64,000 bases of DNA. It comes from an uncultured delta proteobacterium. GTDB taxonomy: Bacteria > Desulfobacterota > Binatia > Binatales > Binataceae. The DNA lies in contig CAVVMA010000007.1 in assembly GCA_963749215.1 (NCBI GenBank), forward strand, positions 35,034-99,033. Direction: 5' to 3'. The position numbers were made by a program, and so were the translations under genes. This document shows positions 31,490 to 39,828 of the stretch, one piece after another. Every line of letters begins with the position of its first letter. The first letter of the stretch is position 1. The notes under the pieces were generated by a model. It was given only the letters and a program-made list of their open reading frames with translations. It was not told the origin of the DNA and searched no databases.

Positions 31490-31909
31490 TCATCCTGCGA
31501 TCCGCGCCGCCAGCATTCTCAGGTCGAATTGCACATGTCTGCGAATCGACACGAAGTGCGCATCAGCCGTCAGGAACGAAGCCCCTGTGTATCGCGCCGT
31601 CAATGCCAGCAGGCAATCATTTTGAAGGCGGGCTATGCCAAGTTCCTCGTGGCTGGGAAAAATTCTTGGGAGAAGCCGGCCCGCCTCAAGCCAGCATCGG
31701 CGCCACGATGGAGGCTCGAGCGGAATGGTCCGGGCAATCAGGTCCTCGACTGTGCGCGCCGCCCGGCCGGTCGCACCGCGCAGTAACTCGCTCGCGACGA
31801 TCGGAGAGAGCCGAACCGGCGCAGCTCCGATCGCCCGCTCTATCGCCGGCCAGCCAACTCTTCGCAGGATGAGGTCGATGTGAACGTTCGAGTCAAAGAA
31901 GGCGATCAT
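31490..31909 (-). CDS. vapC: PIN-domain toxin (VapC family)
   Basis: MIAFFDSNVHIDLIL has the PIN N-terminal acidic residues, with later conserved D/E. The start overlaps the 3' end of the upstream antitoxin gene by 17 nt. Confidence 0.7.
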   Translation of the reverse strand: MIAFFDSNVHIDLILRRVGWPAIERAIGAAPVRLSPIVASELLRGATGRAARTVEDLIARTIPLEPPSWRRCWLEAGRLLPRIFPSHEELGIARLQNDCLLALTARYTGASFLTADAHFVSIRRHVQFDLRMLAARIAG

Positions 31910-32114
31910 CGAACTCGGACCGGCGCCCCTTACCGATCGTCGCACGGACCGCGCGCCACGACCGCTCTCGTTCCGCTTCCTCAGACAGGAGTGAGTTGAT
32001 TAGTTCCGATTGGGTCCTGCACTTGCGCGTCCGCATCAATTTGCGAAGCAAGCGTTCGGGCACCCGCACAGTCACAGCCTTGCGCCGATTCGCCGCCGAA
32101 CTCATGTCTGACAT
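31893..32114 (-). CDS. vapB: Type II antitoxin (VapB-like, RHH/AbrB-type)
   Basis: A 73-aa protein; KAVTVRVPERLLRKLMRTRKCRTQSELINSLL is typical of an antitoxin DNA-binding N-terminus. It is immediately upstream of and overlapping the PIN gene. Confidence 0.55.
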   Translation of the reverse strand: MSDMSSAANRRKAVTVRVPERLLRKLMRTRKCRTQSELINSLLSEEAERERSWRAVRATIGKGRRSEFDDRLL

Positions 32115-32176
32115 CTACTCTTCAATTGTCATACATACCATGCGGGAATCTCGGGCCGCAATCGCAACCGCGCGGC

Positions 32177-32225
32177 GGCCGGCAGCACCCTCACCCGGCG
32201 GGCGATGCACCCGCCGTCCTCTCCC
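32177..32225. repeat. Hairpins downstream of recR, including a further copy of the CCTCTCCCGC...GCGGGAGAGG palindrome
   Basis: 32177-32197 CGGCGGGcgatgcaCCCGCCG, and 32200-32225 CCTCTCCCGCgactgaGCGGGAGAGG. Confidence 0.5.
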
Positions 32226-32261
32226 GCGACTGAGCGGGAGAGGGCCGGAAGAAGATTGCCT

Positions 32262-32885
32262 TCACAGGTCGCGGCGGTTGCTTAGCGCGCTGTGCAGCGT
32301 TGCGGAGTCGCTGTATTCGAGGTCGCCGCCGGCGGGTAGGCCGCGTGCCAGGCGTGATACCTTGACGCCCGCGGGCTTCAGCAGCTTGGCCAGGTATAGT
32401 GCAGTGGCCTCGCCCTCGACGGTCGCGTTGGTCGCGATTATGACTTCGCTGATCGCGCCCGATCCGTTCAGCCGCGCGAGCAACTCCTTGATCTTCAGGT
32501 CATCGGGGCCGATTCCGTCGAGCGGGGCGAGCGCGCCGTGCAGCACATGGTAGACGCCGCCGAAGGCGCGCGACCGCTCGATCGCCATCAGGTCCGCCGG
32601 CCCCTCGACCACGCAAATCACGTAGTGCTCGCGCGCGGAGTCCTCGCAGATCTTGCATTGCGGAGCGTCGGACAATCCGAAGCAGCTCGCGCAAAGCACG
32701 ATCCGCTCCTTCATCTCGAGCAGCGCCTCGGCCAGCGCGATCACTTCTTCGCGCGGGCGGTTGAGCAGGTTGAACGCCAGGCGCGAGGCGGTCTTCTCGC
32801 CGATTCCGGGCAGCCGGGAAAGCTCGCGCACCAGCCGCGTCATCGCGGGCGGCAGGCCGTCCTGGCGCTTTATGTTTTCCGCCAT
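32262..32885 (-). CDS. recR: Recombination protein RecR
   Basis: LSRLPGIGEKTASRLAF (HhH), the C4 zinc finger CASCFGLSDAPQCKIC and the Toprim domain. Confidence 0.9.
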   Translation of the reverse strand: MAENIKRQDGLPPAMTRLVRELSRLPGIGEKTASRLAFNLLNRPREEVIALAEALLEMKERIVLCASCFGLSDAPQCKICEDSAREHYVICVVEGPADLMAIERSRAFGGVYHVLHGALAPLDGIGPDDLKIKELLARLNGSGAISEVIIATNATVEGEATALYLAKLLKPAGVKVSRLARGLPAGGDLEYSDSATLHSALSNRRDL

Positions 32886-32904
32886 GGCTCCGGCTGTCCG
32901 CGAT

Positions 32905-33237
32905 TCAATCTTCGCCCATTCCGGGCAGCTTCAATCCGGCCAGTGGTCCCGCGAGCTTGCCCATCTCTCCGGTCATCAGGTCTTGCGCGCGCCGCAGGCC
33001 GTCGTTGATCGCGACCACGATCAAATCCTGGATCATCGCACGATCGTTCGAGGCGAGCAGCGCGGGATCGACTTCGATCTTGCGCAGCCGCATCGAGCCG
33101 TCCACGACAACTTTGACCATCCCGCCGCCGGCCTGCGCTTCGACGGTCTTGGCAGCCGCCTCGTCCTGCATCTGCTTGAGCCGCCCTTGCAGCGCCTGCG
33201 CCTGTTGCATCAGAGCGGAGAGGTCGAAATTTGCCAC
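32905..33237 (-). CDS. ybaB: Nucleoid-associated protein YbaB/EbfC
   Basis: ANFDLSALMQQAQALQGRLKQMQDE...GGGMVKVVVDG is the YbaB family signature. The GTG start has an AAAGGAG SD 8 nt upstream. The position between dnaX and recR is conserved. Confidence 0.85.
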   Translation of the reverse strand: MANFDLSALMQQAQALQGRLKQMQDEAAAKTVEAQAGGGMVKVVVDGSMRLRKIEVDPALLASNDRAMIQDLIVVAINDGLRRAQDLMTGEMGKLAGPLAGLKLPGMGED

Positions 33238-33281
33238 GGGACTGACTCCTTTTTCGTTTCGCCCGGCCACAGGCCGGGTGC

Positions 33282-35171
33282 TCAGCTTTTTTTTGGATCG
33301 GAGGCCGCGCGCGGCGCGACGGCACTTGGAGTATCGCGGACCTCGACCAGCCGCGCGCCGAGCTCATCGAAGATTCGGCGCACGAGCGGATCGGCGTACA
33401 GTGCCTGACGCGCTTCGTTGCGCGCCGCGCTGTCGGGACGCGTGGCGCCGGCCGGAGCGGCCTCGCGTGACGACGGCACACTGGCCTCGGCCCTCGCGGG
33501 CGCGGGCGGAGCCGCGATAGCCGCCGCAGTGGGCGCGGCCGCGCCGCCGCCATTCGCGCCCATCGAAGCCTGTATCGGACGGCCATACATCGCGCTGGCA
33601 AGCTCGGCGAGCACGCCGAGATTGTCACCGAGATAACGCACGTAGATATCGCTGCGCGGCGCTATCCTCAGAATGTCGCCGTCGAGCGAGAGCATCGCGC
33701 CCTGTTCCATGAAGCCCGCCAGCGCCGCCCGCCGCGAGCGGATATATTCGCGCAGCTCAGGGAGGTCAGCCGCGGGCGAAATTTCTGCGGATGCGGTCGC
33801 CGCGTCTGTTCCGATACTGCCCGCGGCGCTGGCGGAGCGTGGTTGCGCGTAGCGCGATTGATCATCGCGTGACGCGCCGTCGGCGGCGGCCTTGCGCGGC
33901 GCCTGCGCCTTGACCTCGCCCTCGACCTTGAGCCGCCGGGCTCCGGCTGCCGCGCCGCCGGACGGCGCGCCACCGGAGGGCGCTTCGCGCGAGCCGGACC
34001 CCGGCGCCGCTTCGAGCGCGCCGATCGCGCGCATCAGCTCGTCGGCGTCGATCACCGGCGCCAGCGTCGCCATCCTGACGATCGCCATCTCGATTATCAG
34101 GTCGGGATACGGCGAACGGAGCAGTTCCTCCTGGGTCTCGGCCATCAGGCGGAACAGCCTCATCAGATCGCGGCTGCCGGCGCCGTCGGCGAGCCGCCTG
34201 ATTTCGGCGGCTTCGTGATCGGGCAGGTCGCTCAGCGGAGTGTCGGCTCCGCCGGCGGGCAGTTTGGCGATCGCGAGGTTGCGCAGCGCCTCCAGGATGT
34301 CGCGTCCGAGCGATTCCAGGTTCGCGCCACGCGCGTGCAGCTCGCGGACCTTTGCGAGCGCCGACGACGCGTCCTTGCCGAGAACCGCCTCGATAGTCGC
34401 GTAGACGGTCGTGCGGCTTGCGACTCCCAGCGTCGCCGCCACCTCGGCCTCGGCCACGCGCCCGCCTGAGGGCGCGATCGCAATCGCGGTTTCGAGCATC
34501 CGCTCGGCGTCGCGCATGCTGCCGCCCGCTTCACGCGCGAGCAGCCGCAGCGCGCCCTCTTCCGCGTCGATTTTCTCGCGCGCCGCAAGGTCGGTGAGAC
34601 GCGCCACGATCGTCTTGAACGGAATCCGCCGGAAGTCGTAGCGCTGGAGCCGCGACAGAATCGTCTCGGGCATCTTGCTCGGCTCGGTGGTCGCCAGGAT
34701 GAACTTGACGTGGGCGGGCGGCTCCTCGAGCGTTTTGAGCAGCGCGTTGAAGGCCTGGTCGGTGAGTTGATGGGCTTCGTCGATGATGTAGATCTTGAAA
34801 CGGTCGCGCGCCGGGCGGTAGCTCAGGTTTTCGATAATCGCGCGGGCATCGTCGATTTTGCGATAGGTCGCGCCGTCGATCTCGACCACGTCGAGCGCGC
34901 GTCCGGCGCGAATCTCGACGCAGGCCGCACATTCGCCGCACGGATCGGGCGTCGGGCCGCGTTCGCAGTTGAGGCATCGCGCCATGATTCGCGCGGCCGT
35001 CGTCTTGCCGACGCCGCGAATCCCGGCGAAGAGGAAGGCGTGCGCGATCCGGCCGGTCTTGAGCGCCTGGACCAGCGTGCGGGTCACGTGCTCCTGGCCG
35101 ACCAGGTCGTCGAAGCGCTCGGGGCGCCACTTTCGCGCGAGGACCAGATGAGAGGTCGGTTCGGAGGCCAT
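33282..35171 (-). CDS. dnaX: DNA polymerase III subunit gamma/tau
   Basis: AFLFAGIRGVGKTTAARIMARCLNCE (Walker A plus a zinc module), the DEAH-like IIDEAHQL motif, the sensor motifs and the conserved dnaX-ybaB-recR order. Confidence 0.9.
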   Translation of the reverse strand: MASEPTSHLVLARKWRPERFDDLVGQEHVTRTLVQALKTGRIAHAFLFAGIRGVGKTTAARIMARCLNCERGPTPDPCGECAACVEIRAGRALDVVEIDGATYRKIDDARAIIENLSYRPARDRFKIYIIDEAHQLTDQAFNALLKTLEEPPAHVKFILATTEPSKMPETILSRLQRYDFRRIPFKTIVARLTDLAAREKIDAEEGALRLLAREAGGSMRDAERMLETAIAIAPSGGRVAEAEVAATLGVASRTTVYATIEAVLGKDASSALAKVRELHARGANLESLGRDILEALRNLAIAKLPAGGADTPLSDLPDHEAAEIRRLADGAGSRDLMRLFRLMAETQEELLRSPYPDLIIEMAIVRMATLAPVIDADELMRAIGALEAAPGSGSREAPSGGAPSGGAAAGARRLKVEGEVKAQAPRKAAADGASRDDQSRYAQPRSASAAGSIGTDAATASAEISPAADLPELREYIRSRRAALAGFMEQGAMLSLDGDILRIAPRSDIYVRYLGDNLGVLAELASAMYGRPIQASMGANGGGAAAPTAAAIAAPPAPARAEASVPSSREAAPAGATRPDSAARNEARQALYADPLVRRIFDELGARLVEVRDTPSAVAPRAASDPKKS

Positions 35172-35206
35172 CGAGGAATGATTTACACGACGAGAGGGTC
35201 GCCGGT

Positions 35207-35316
35207 CGAATGATAGCCAGGCACCCCTGCGGCACAGGGAGTTGATCGGTACCGTTGCTTCCTTCCGGACCTGGCGGGGTTCGCGATCTTCCCTTGCGCA
35301 GGACCCGGCTATCAGC
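35207..35316 (-). ncRNA. ffs: Signal recognition particle RNA (small 4.5S-type SRP RNA, ffs)
   Basis: The minus strand reads ...UGAUAGCCGGGUCCUGCGCAAGGGAAGAUCGCGAACCCCGCCAGGUCCGGAAGGAAGCAACGGUACCGAUCAACUCCCUGUGCCGCAGGGGUGCCUGGCUAUCA... It contains the conserved domain IV motif CCAGGUCCGGAAGGAAGCA, and a terminal helix formed by GAUAGCCGGG and CCUGGCUAUC. It sits immediately upstream of dnaX, as in many bacteria. Confidence 0.75.
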
Positions 35317-35463
35317 GGCCGGCAATTCCTCCGTCGATACTGTTCGAAGCTGGGCTATTAGATTATCACATCGCCCGCGATGCAACCCGCACCCGCTAAG
35401 CGAGCCTTGAACGTCGCGGGCAGCGGTGGCGCGGCGGGGCGGCGGTTGCTATCTCAATAAACA

Positions 35464-36339
35464 ATGTCCCAACGGCAGGAGAAAGTCAGGCTCGGATTGA
35501 TCCAGATGAGTTGCGCCGAGGATCCGCAGCTCAACCTCGAGCGCGCGATTGCCCGAATCGAAGAGGCCGCTCACAACGGCGCTCAGATCGCATGCCTGCA
35601 GGAGCTTTTCCGTTCGCGCTACCCGTGCCAGTCCGAAGACGTGGGCTTCTTCGACCTCGCGGAGCCGATTCCCGGACCCACCAGCGAGGCGCTGGGGGCC
35701 GTCGCCGCTGCGCGCAAAGTCGCGATCGTCGCATCGATTTTCGAGCGGCGCGCGGCCGGGGTGTATCACAACACCGCGGTGATAATCGACGCGGACGGCA
35801 AAATCGCCGGGCGCTACCGCAAGATGCATATCCCGGACGATCCACGCTACTACGAGAAATTCTACTTCACCCCCGGCGATCTCGATTTCGCCACGCATCC
35901 GACCGCCTACGCCCGGGTCGGCGCGCTGATCTGCTGGGATCAATGGTTCCCCGAGGCCGCGCGGCTGACCGCGCTCGGCGGCGCGCAAGTGCTGTTCTAT
36001 CCGACCGCTATCGGATGGCATCGCGACGAGGTTGCGGAAGTCCGCAAACGCCAGCACGCCGCGTGGGAGACGATTCAGCGCGGCCACGCGATCGCCAACG
36101 GCATTTTCGTCGCCGCGGTGAACCGGGTCGGCGTGGAGGACGGGCTCGAGTTCTGGGGCGGCTCGTTCGTCGCCGATCCGTTCGGCGAGGTGATCGCGCG
36201 CGCCAGCGCCAGCGTCGAAGAGACGCTGCTGGTCGAATGCGATCTTGCGAAGATCGAGGAGACGCGCCGCAACTGGCCATTCCTGCGCGACCGTCGAATC
36301 GACGCTTACGGCGATCTGATCCGCCGCTTCCGCACCTGA
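35464..36339 (+). CDS. aguB: N-carbamoylputrescine amidase (carbon-nitrogen hydrolase family)
   Basis: A CN-hydrolase with the catalytic triad context (E...K...LICWDQWFPE). It is adjacent to agmatine deiminase. Confidence 0.85.
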   Translation: MSQRQEKVRLGLIQMSCAEDPQLNLERAIARIEEAAHNGAQIACLQELFRSRYPCQSEDVGFFDLAEPIPGPTSEALGAVAAARKVAIVASIFERRAAGVYHNTAVIIDADGKIAGRYRKMHIPDDPRYYEKFYFTPGDLDFATHPTAYARVGALICWDQWFPEAARLTALGGAQVLFYPTAIGWHRDEVAEVRKRQHAAWETIQRGHAIANGIFVAAVNRVGVEDGLEFWGGSFVADPFGEVIARASASVEETLLVECDLAKIEETRRNWPFLRDRRIDAYGDLIRRFRT

Positions 36340-36359
36340 GCTTCCCGGTCACACACCGC

Positions 36360-37463
36360 ATGCCGACCGCCCAAGGAATCCCGCAGGAGCATCGCGAACT
36401 GATGCGTGGCTACCGGATGCCCGGCGAATGGCAGCCCCATCTCGCGACCTATCTGGTATGGCCGCACAATCGCGAAACGTGGCCGGGCAAGTTCGAGCTG
36501 ATTCCTCCCATCTGCGCGCGGATCGCAGCCGCGATCGCCGAGTTCGAGCCGGTGCGAATTCTCGTCAACGCGGAGCACGAGATCGATCAGGTTCGCGCGA
36601 TGGTGCGTGAGGCCGCGCGATCGTCCCGGATGGATCGGGTCGAAATTGTCGTGATTCCGACCAACGACGCATGGATTCGCGATCACGGCCCGATCTTCGT
36701 GAACCGCATCGAGACTGCGACCGGTGCCGATGCGCGCGGCGGCGGTCCAGGCCAGCTCGCGCTCGACTGGAAATTCAATTCGTGGGGCGAAAAGTACGGC
36801 GCCTTCGACCTCGACGACGTGGTGCCGCGCCGCCTTGCGGAGCGTTATGGCTTCGAGGTGGTCGAGCCCGCAATCGTGCTGGAAGGCGGCTCGATCGAGC
36901 CCAACGGCGCGGGCTCGATCCTGACAACCGAGTCGTGCCTGCTCAATCCGAATCGCAATCCGGATCTCAACCGTGCGCAAATCGAGGACTATCTGAAGAC
37001 CTACCTCGGCGCGACCAACGTGCTGTGGCTCGGCGACGGGATCGCCGGCGACGATACCGACGGCCACGTCGACGACCTGGCGCGCTTCGTCGCGCCCGAC
37101 ACGATCGTGACCGTCGTCGAGGACGATCCGGCGGACGCGAATCATGCCGCGCTCGCAGACAACCTCAAGCGGCTGCGCGCGATGCGCGATCAGGACGGGC
37201 GTCCGTTCAGGATCGAAACGCTCCCGATGCCGCGCGCGGTGTATTGCGAGGACACGCGGCTGCCCGCCTCGTACGCGAATTTCTACCTCGCAAATGGCGG
37301 CGTCGTGATGCCAGAGTTCGACTGCGAGGCCGATTCGATCGCGGCGGCCACGCTCGTCCGCCTGTTTCCGCAACGGCGCGTGGTCGGGATTCCGTCAACC
37401 GATCTGGTATGGGGTCTGGGCGCGATCCACTGCCTGACGCAGCAACATCCGCGGCCGGCCTGA
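36360..37463 (+). CDS. aguA: Agmatine deiminase
   Basis: It starts at the MPTAQGIPQEHRELMRGYRMPGEWQPH Met within the longer listed ORF. WIRDHGPIFV, GGSIEPNGAGSILTTESCLLNPNRN and the C-terminal catalytic Cys context (GLGAIHCLTQQ) fit the agmatine deiminase/PAD family. Confidence 0.85.
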   Translation: MPTAQGIPQEHRELMRGYRMPGEWQPHLATYLVWPHNRETWPGKFELIPPICARIAAAIAEFEPVRILVNAEHEIDQVRAMVREAARSSRMDRVEIVVIPTNDAWIRDHGPIFVNRIETATGADARGGGPGQLALDWKFNSWGEKYGAFDLDDVVPRRLAERYGFEVVEPAIVLEGGSIEPNGAGSILTTESCLLNPNRNPDLNRAQIEDYLKTYLGATNVLWLGDGIAGDDTDGHVDDLARFVAPDTIVTVVEDDPADANHAALADNLKRLRAMRDQDGRPFRIETLPMPRAVYCEDTRLPASYANFYLANGGVVMPEFDCEADSIAAATLVRLFPQRRVVGIPSTDLVWGLGAIHCLTQQHPRPA

Positions 37464-37486
37464 CGCACGCGCGGCCGGATACCGCC

Positions 37487-39382
37487 TCACGCCGAGTAGG
37501 ATTCGCTCAGGTGCGCGCGCACGACCTGCTCGGAGATCGTGCCCGAGGCCAGTTGCCGGGCCGGGGCGAAGCGCATGAGATGGAACACGAAGATCGCCAG
37601 CGCGAAACCCGACACCACCACGCTCAGCGAGGCGATCGCGCCCGGGCCTCCGCTATCGCCGAGCCGGTTCAGCGCCAGGATCGCCGCGCCCACGCATATC
37701 GCGATCGACGCGATGGCTGCGATCCGCACGTCACGCACCGGGGCGGCGGCGCCCCGCTCCACGTAGCGCCTCAGCTCGCCCCGCGAAAAATTGTCGAGGA
37801 ACCAGCCGGTGTCCTCCTCGACCTCGCGCGCATTGGGCGGCGGCACCTCGCGGCCGGTCAGCGGATCGATCGCCTTCTCGCCGCGGCTGTGACGATCGAT
37901 TCCCTCTCGTATCGCACGATGGATTTTCTCGCTGATTGGGTATCTCATCGCGATCAGGAACGACAAGATCGAGCACGAGGCCGGTCCCAGCGCGAAGATC
38001 GCCCTGATCGCCAGCAGGACCTGCGGCGGCTGCGCCGCGTTCGGCACGTAGCCCAGCGAGGCGAGGATCGCGATCGGGATCGCGGCGCTCGGAATCGCGA
38101 TGAACTTGGGCAGGATGCTCCAGAAGGCGCCGTACTGGGCCTCGCGGCGCCGGCCGGTGTGAAATTCGTCGTAGTCGATCACGTCGGCTTGCATCGAAGG
38201 GCCCAGAAACAGGCCGGCTCCGAAACCCGCCCCCGACCAGCAGATGAGCGCCATCAGAACATGGATGTCTCCCTTGCCGAGGAAGAACATCGCGCTGCCG
38301 CCGCTTACGCCCACCCCGAAGCTCGCCAGCCAGGTCGGGAGCTTGCCGAAGCGGCGCGCCGCCGCGAGCCACAGCGGAAGACATAGAAAGCCCACGCCGA
38401 AGTAGCCCAGCAGCAGAACCGACAACCACAGGGTCGGATTTTTCGGTTGAATCACGTAGGCGTTGTAGAAGGGTAACAGCGTGGCCGGGATCAGGCCGGA
38501 GATGCTGCCGACGGCATAGGTCCCCAGCAGGATGGAGAACGGCCGGTTCCTCAGCGCCCGCCGCACGCCGGGCACGAGCGGATTGGCCTCCCGAGTCGCG
38601 AACTCCGGGCGCTCGCGCACCCGCGCCGCGAGCATCCAAAAGAGGGTGACCAGCGCGATCGCAAACGTGATTCCGAGGCGCGAGAATACCTGCCGATCGG
38701 TCCATCCGAGCCCGTGCATCAGAAGGCCGGGCGCCCCGGCCGCGATGATCGTTCCCAGGATGGTGAATGCCTCGCGGATCCCGAACAGGCTGGAGCGGTC
38801 GTTGTAATCGAGGGTCAACTCCGGTCCCAGCGCGTAGTAGGGCAGGATAAAGAGCGTGTGGAAAATGAAGAACAGGATGAACGAGACCCCGAACCACAGA
38901 CCCGCTTCGCGGCCCTGAAGATGCGCCGGCGGGCTCATCAGGGCCCAAAAGGCCACCGCACACAGCGGCGCGCCGACGAAAATATAGGGGCGCCGGCGTC
39001 CCCATCGCGTGCGCGTGCGATCGGAGAACCAGCCCACCACAGGATCGCTGATCGCGTCGAGCGAACGTGCCAGCGCGATCGCGATCGCCAGGAAGCCAAG
39101 CGGCACCATCACCACGTCGGCATAGAACTTCGGCATGTTTATCAGGATAGGAATGATCAGCGCGGCGCCGGCGAGGTTGGGCGTCCCGTAGAGGATCTTG
39201 GTGCTGAACGGAAGGCGTTCGGGCGGTCGCGCGAAAGTGTCCGGCGAGGCGGCGCCATTATTGGCGGCGATACCTAAGCTTGCGGGCGGCGATACGGCCT
39301 CTACGGGGGTTCGGTCATTCGATGTCACAACTTCCTCGGCTATCGGGGCAGGCAAAAAGTCGGCCGCAGCGCGGCTCGCCAC
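37487..39382 (-). CDS. MFS transporter of the glycoside-pentoside-hexuronide (GPH) cation-symporter type, with a C-terminal extension
   Basis: Twelve TM helices, a GPH-like N-terminus KILYGTPNLAGAALIIP, and the motif DAISDPVVGWFSDRTRTRWGRRRPYIFVGA. There are about 130 extra C-terminal residues with one more TM helix. Confidence 0.7.
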   Translation of the reverse strand: MASRAAADFLPAPIAEEVVTSNDRTPVEAVSPPASLGIAANNGAASPDTFARPPERLPFSTKILYGTPNLAGAALIIPILINMPKFYADVVMVPLGFLAIAIALARSLDAISDPVVGWFSDRTRTRWGRRRPYIFVGAPLCAVAFWALMSPPAHLQGREAGLWFGVSFILFFIFHTLFILPYYALGPELTLDYNDRSSLFGIREAFTILGTIIAAGAPGLLMHGLGWTDRQVFSRLGITFAIALVTLFWMLAARVRERPEFATREANPLVPGVRRALRNRPFSILLGTYAVGSISGLIPATLLPFYNAYVIQPKNPTLWLSVLLLGYFGVGFLCLPLWLAAARRFGKLPTWLASFGVGVSGGSAMFFLGKGDIHVLMALICWSGAGFGAGLFLGPSMQADVIDYDEFHTGRRREAQYGAFWSILPKFIAIPSAAIPIAILASLGYVPNAAQPPQVLLAIRAIFALGPASCSILSFLIAMRYPISEKIHRAIREGIDRHSRGEKAIDPLTGREVPPPNAREVEEDTGWFLDNFSRGELRRYVERGAAAPVRDVRIAAIASIAICVGAAILALNRLGDSGGPGAIASLSVVVSGFALAIFVFHLMRFAPARQLASGTISEQVVRAHLSESYSA

Positions 39383-39696
39383 GCGGCTTTCCGACCCGGA
39401 TTCAGCGTCTCAAGTGTCCGCATCAGGCGCAATCCCGGCGCCAACGCCTCGCGCCGATCGCGACTGCCTGTGGACGGTTGAGAGGGGTCGGCGTTGATCG
39501 TGCTTTCCTGTTTCTGTATTTGTACTGCGGGGTTGTTGTGCGCCTTCCTTGCAAACGGGTGGAAGTAGCCGTTTTTCGGTTTCAAGTGTCTGTAGGAGGT
39601 AAGCGTGCGAGGATGTGCAAGGGGTACTTTTATATCGCGTGATCCGCAAGCGCCGGTCGAATCCGGCTCCAGCGGGCAATCTTTAAACCGTTGGCG

Positions 39697-39772
39697 AGGG
39701 GGCCGAGGAAGTCCTCCTGCTGTGGCAGTCAAGTCTGACTGAGACCCTGCCGAAACTCCGTGCCCCCTCGCC
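39697..39772 (-). other. A 76-nt structured RNA-like element (a three-way junction closed by a 9-bp GC stem) in the long 5' leader of the GPH transporter gene
   Basis: CGAGGGGGC...GCCCCCUCG closes two internal hairpins: GAGGAagUCCUC, and GGCAG...CUGCC containing GUCAaguc UGAC. Its length is tRNA-like but no tRNA D or T arm fits. Confidence 0.3.
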
Positions 39773-39828
39773 TTCCTTCGTACATTCATCGACCGAGCAG
39801 CCGCGATCGGCGCGCAAGCGCCACTGCC

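Noticed and set aside
33282-35171. A programmed −1 ribosomal frameshift site (A AAA AAG) inside dnaX
   Set aside because: No heptanucleotide slippery site is present in the coding region. The only A-run is at the stop codon.
39697-39772. A tRNA gene suggested by a 76-nt element closed by a 9-bp stem
   Set aside because: On neither strand can a 7-bp acceptor with a 4-bp D-stem, a 5-bp anticodon stem and a T-loop (GTTCRANYC) be fitted. The internal hairpins are the wrong sizes. No other tRNA-like T-arm motifs were found in the window.
39383-39828. tmRNA or RNase P RNA in the long intergenic region
   Set aside because: No tag-peptide reading frame ending in ...LAA plus stop was found. There is no GGAAAGUCCGGGCUCC P4-type motif; the only resemblance is a short GAAGUCC string.
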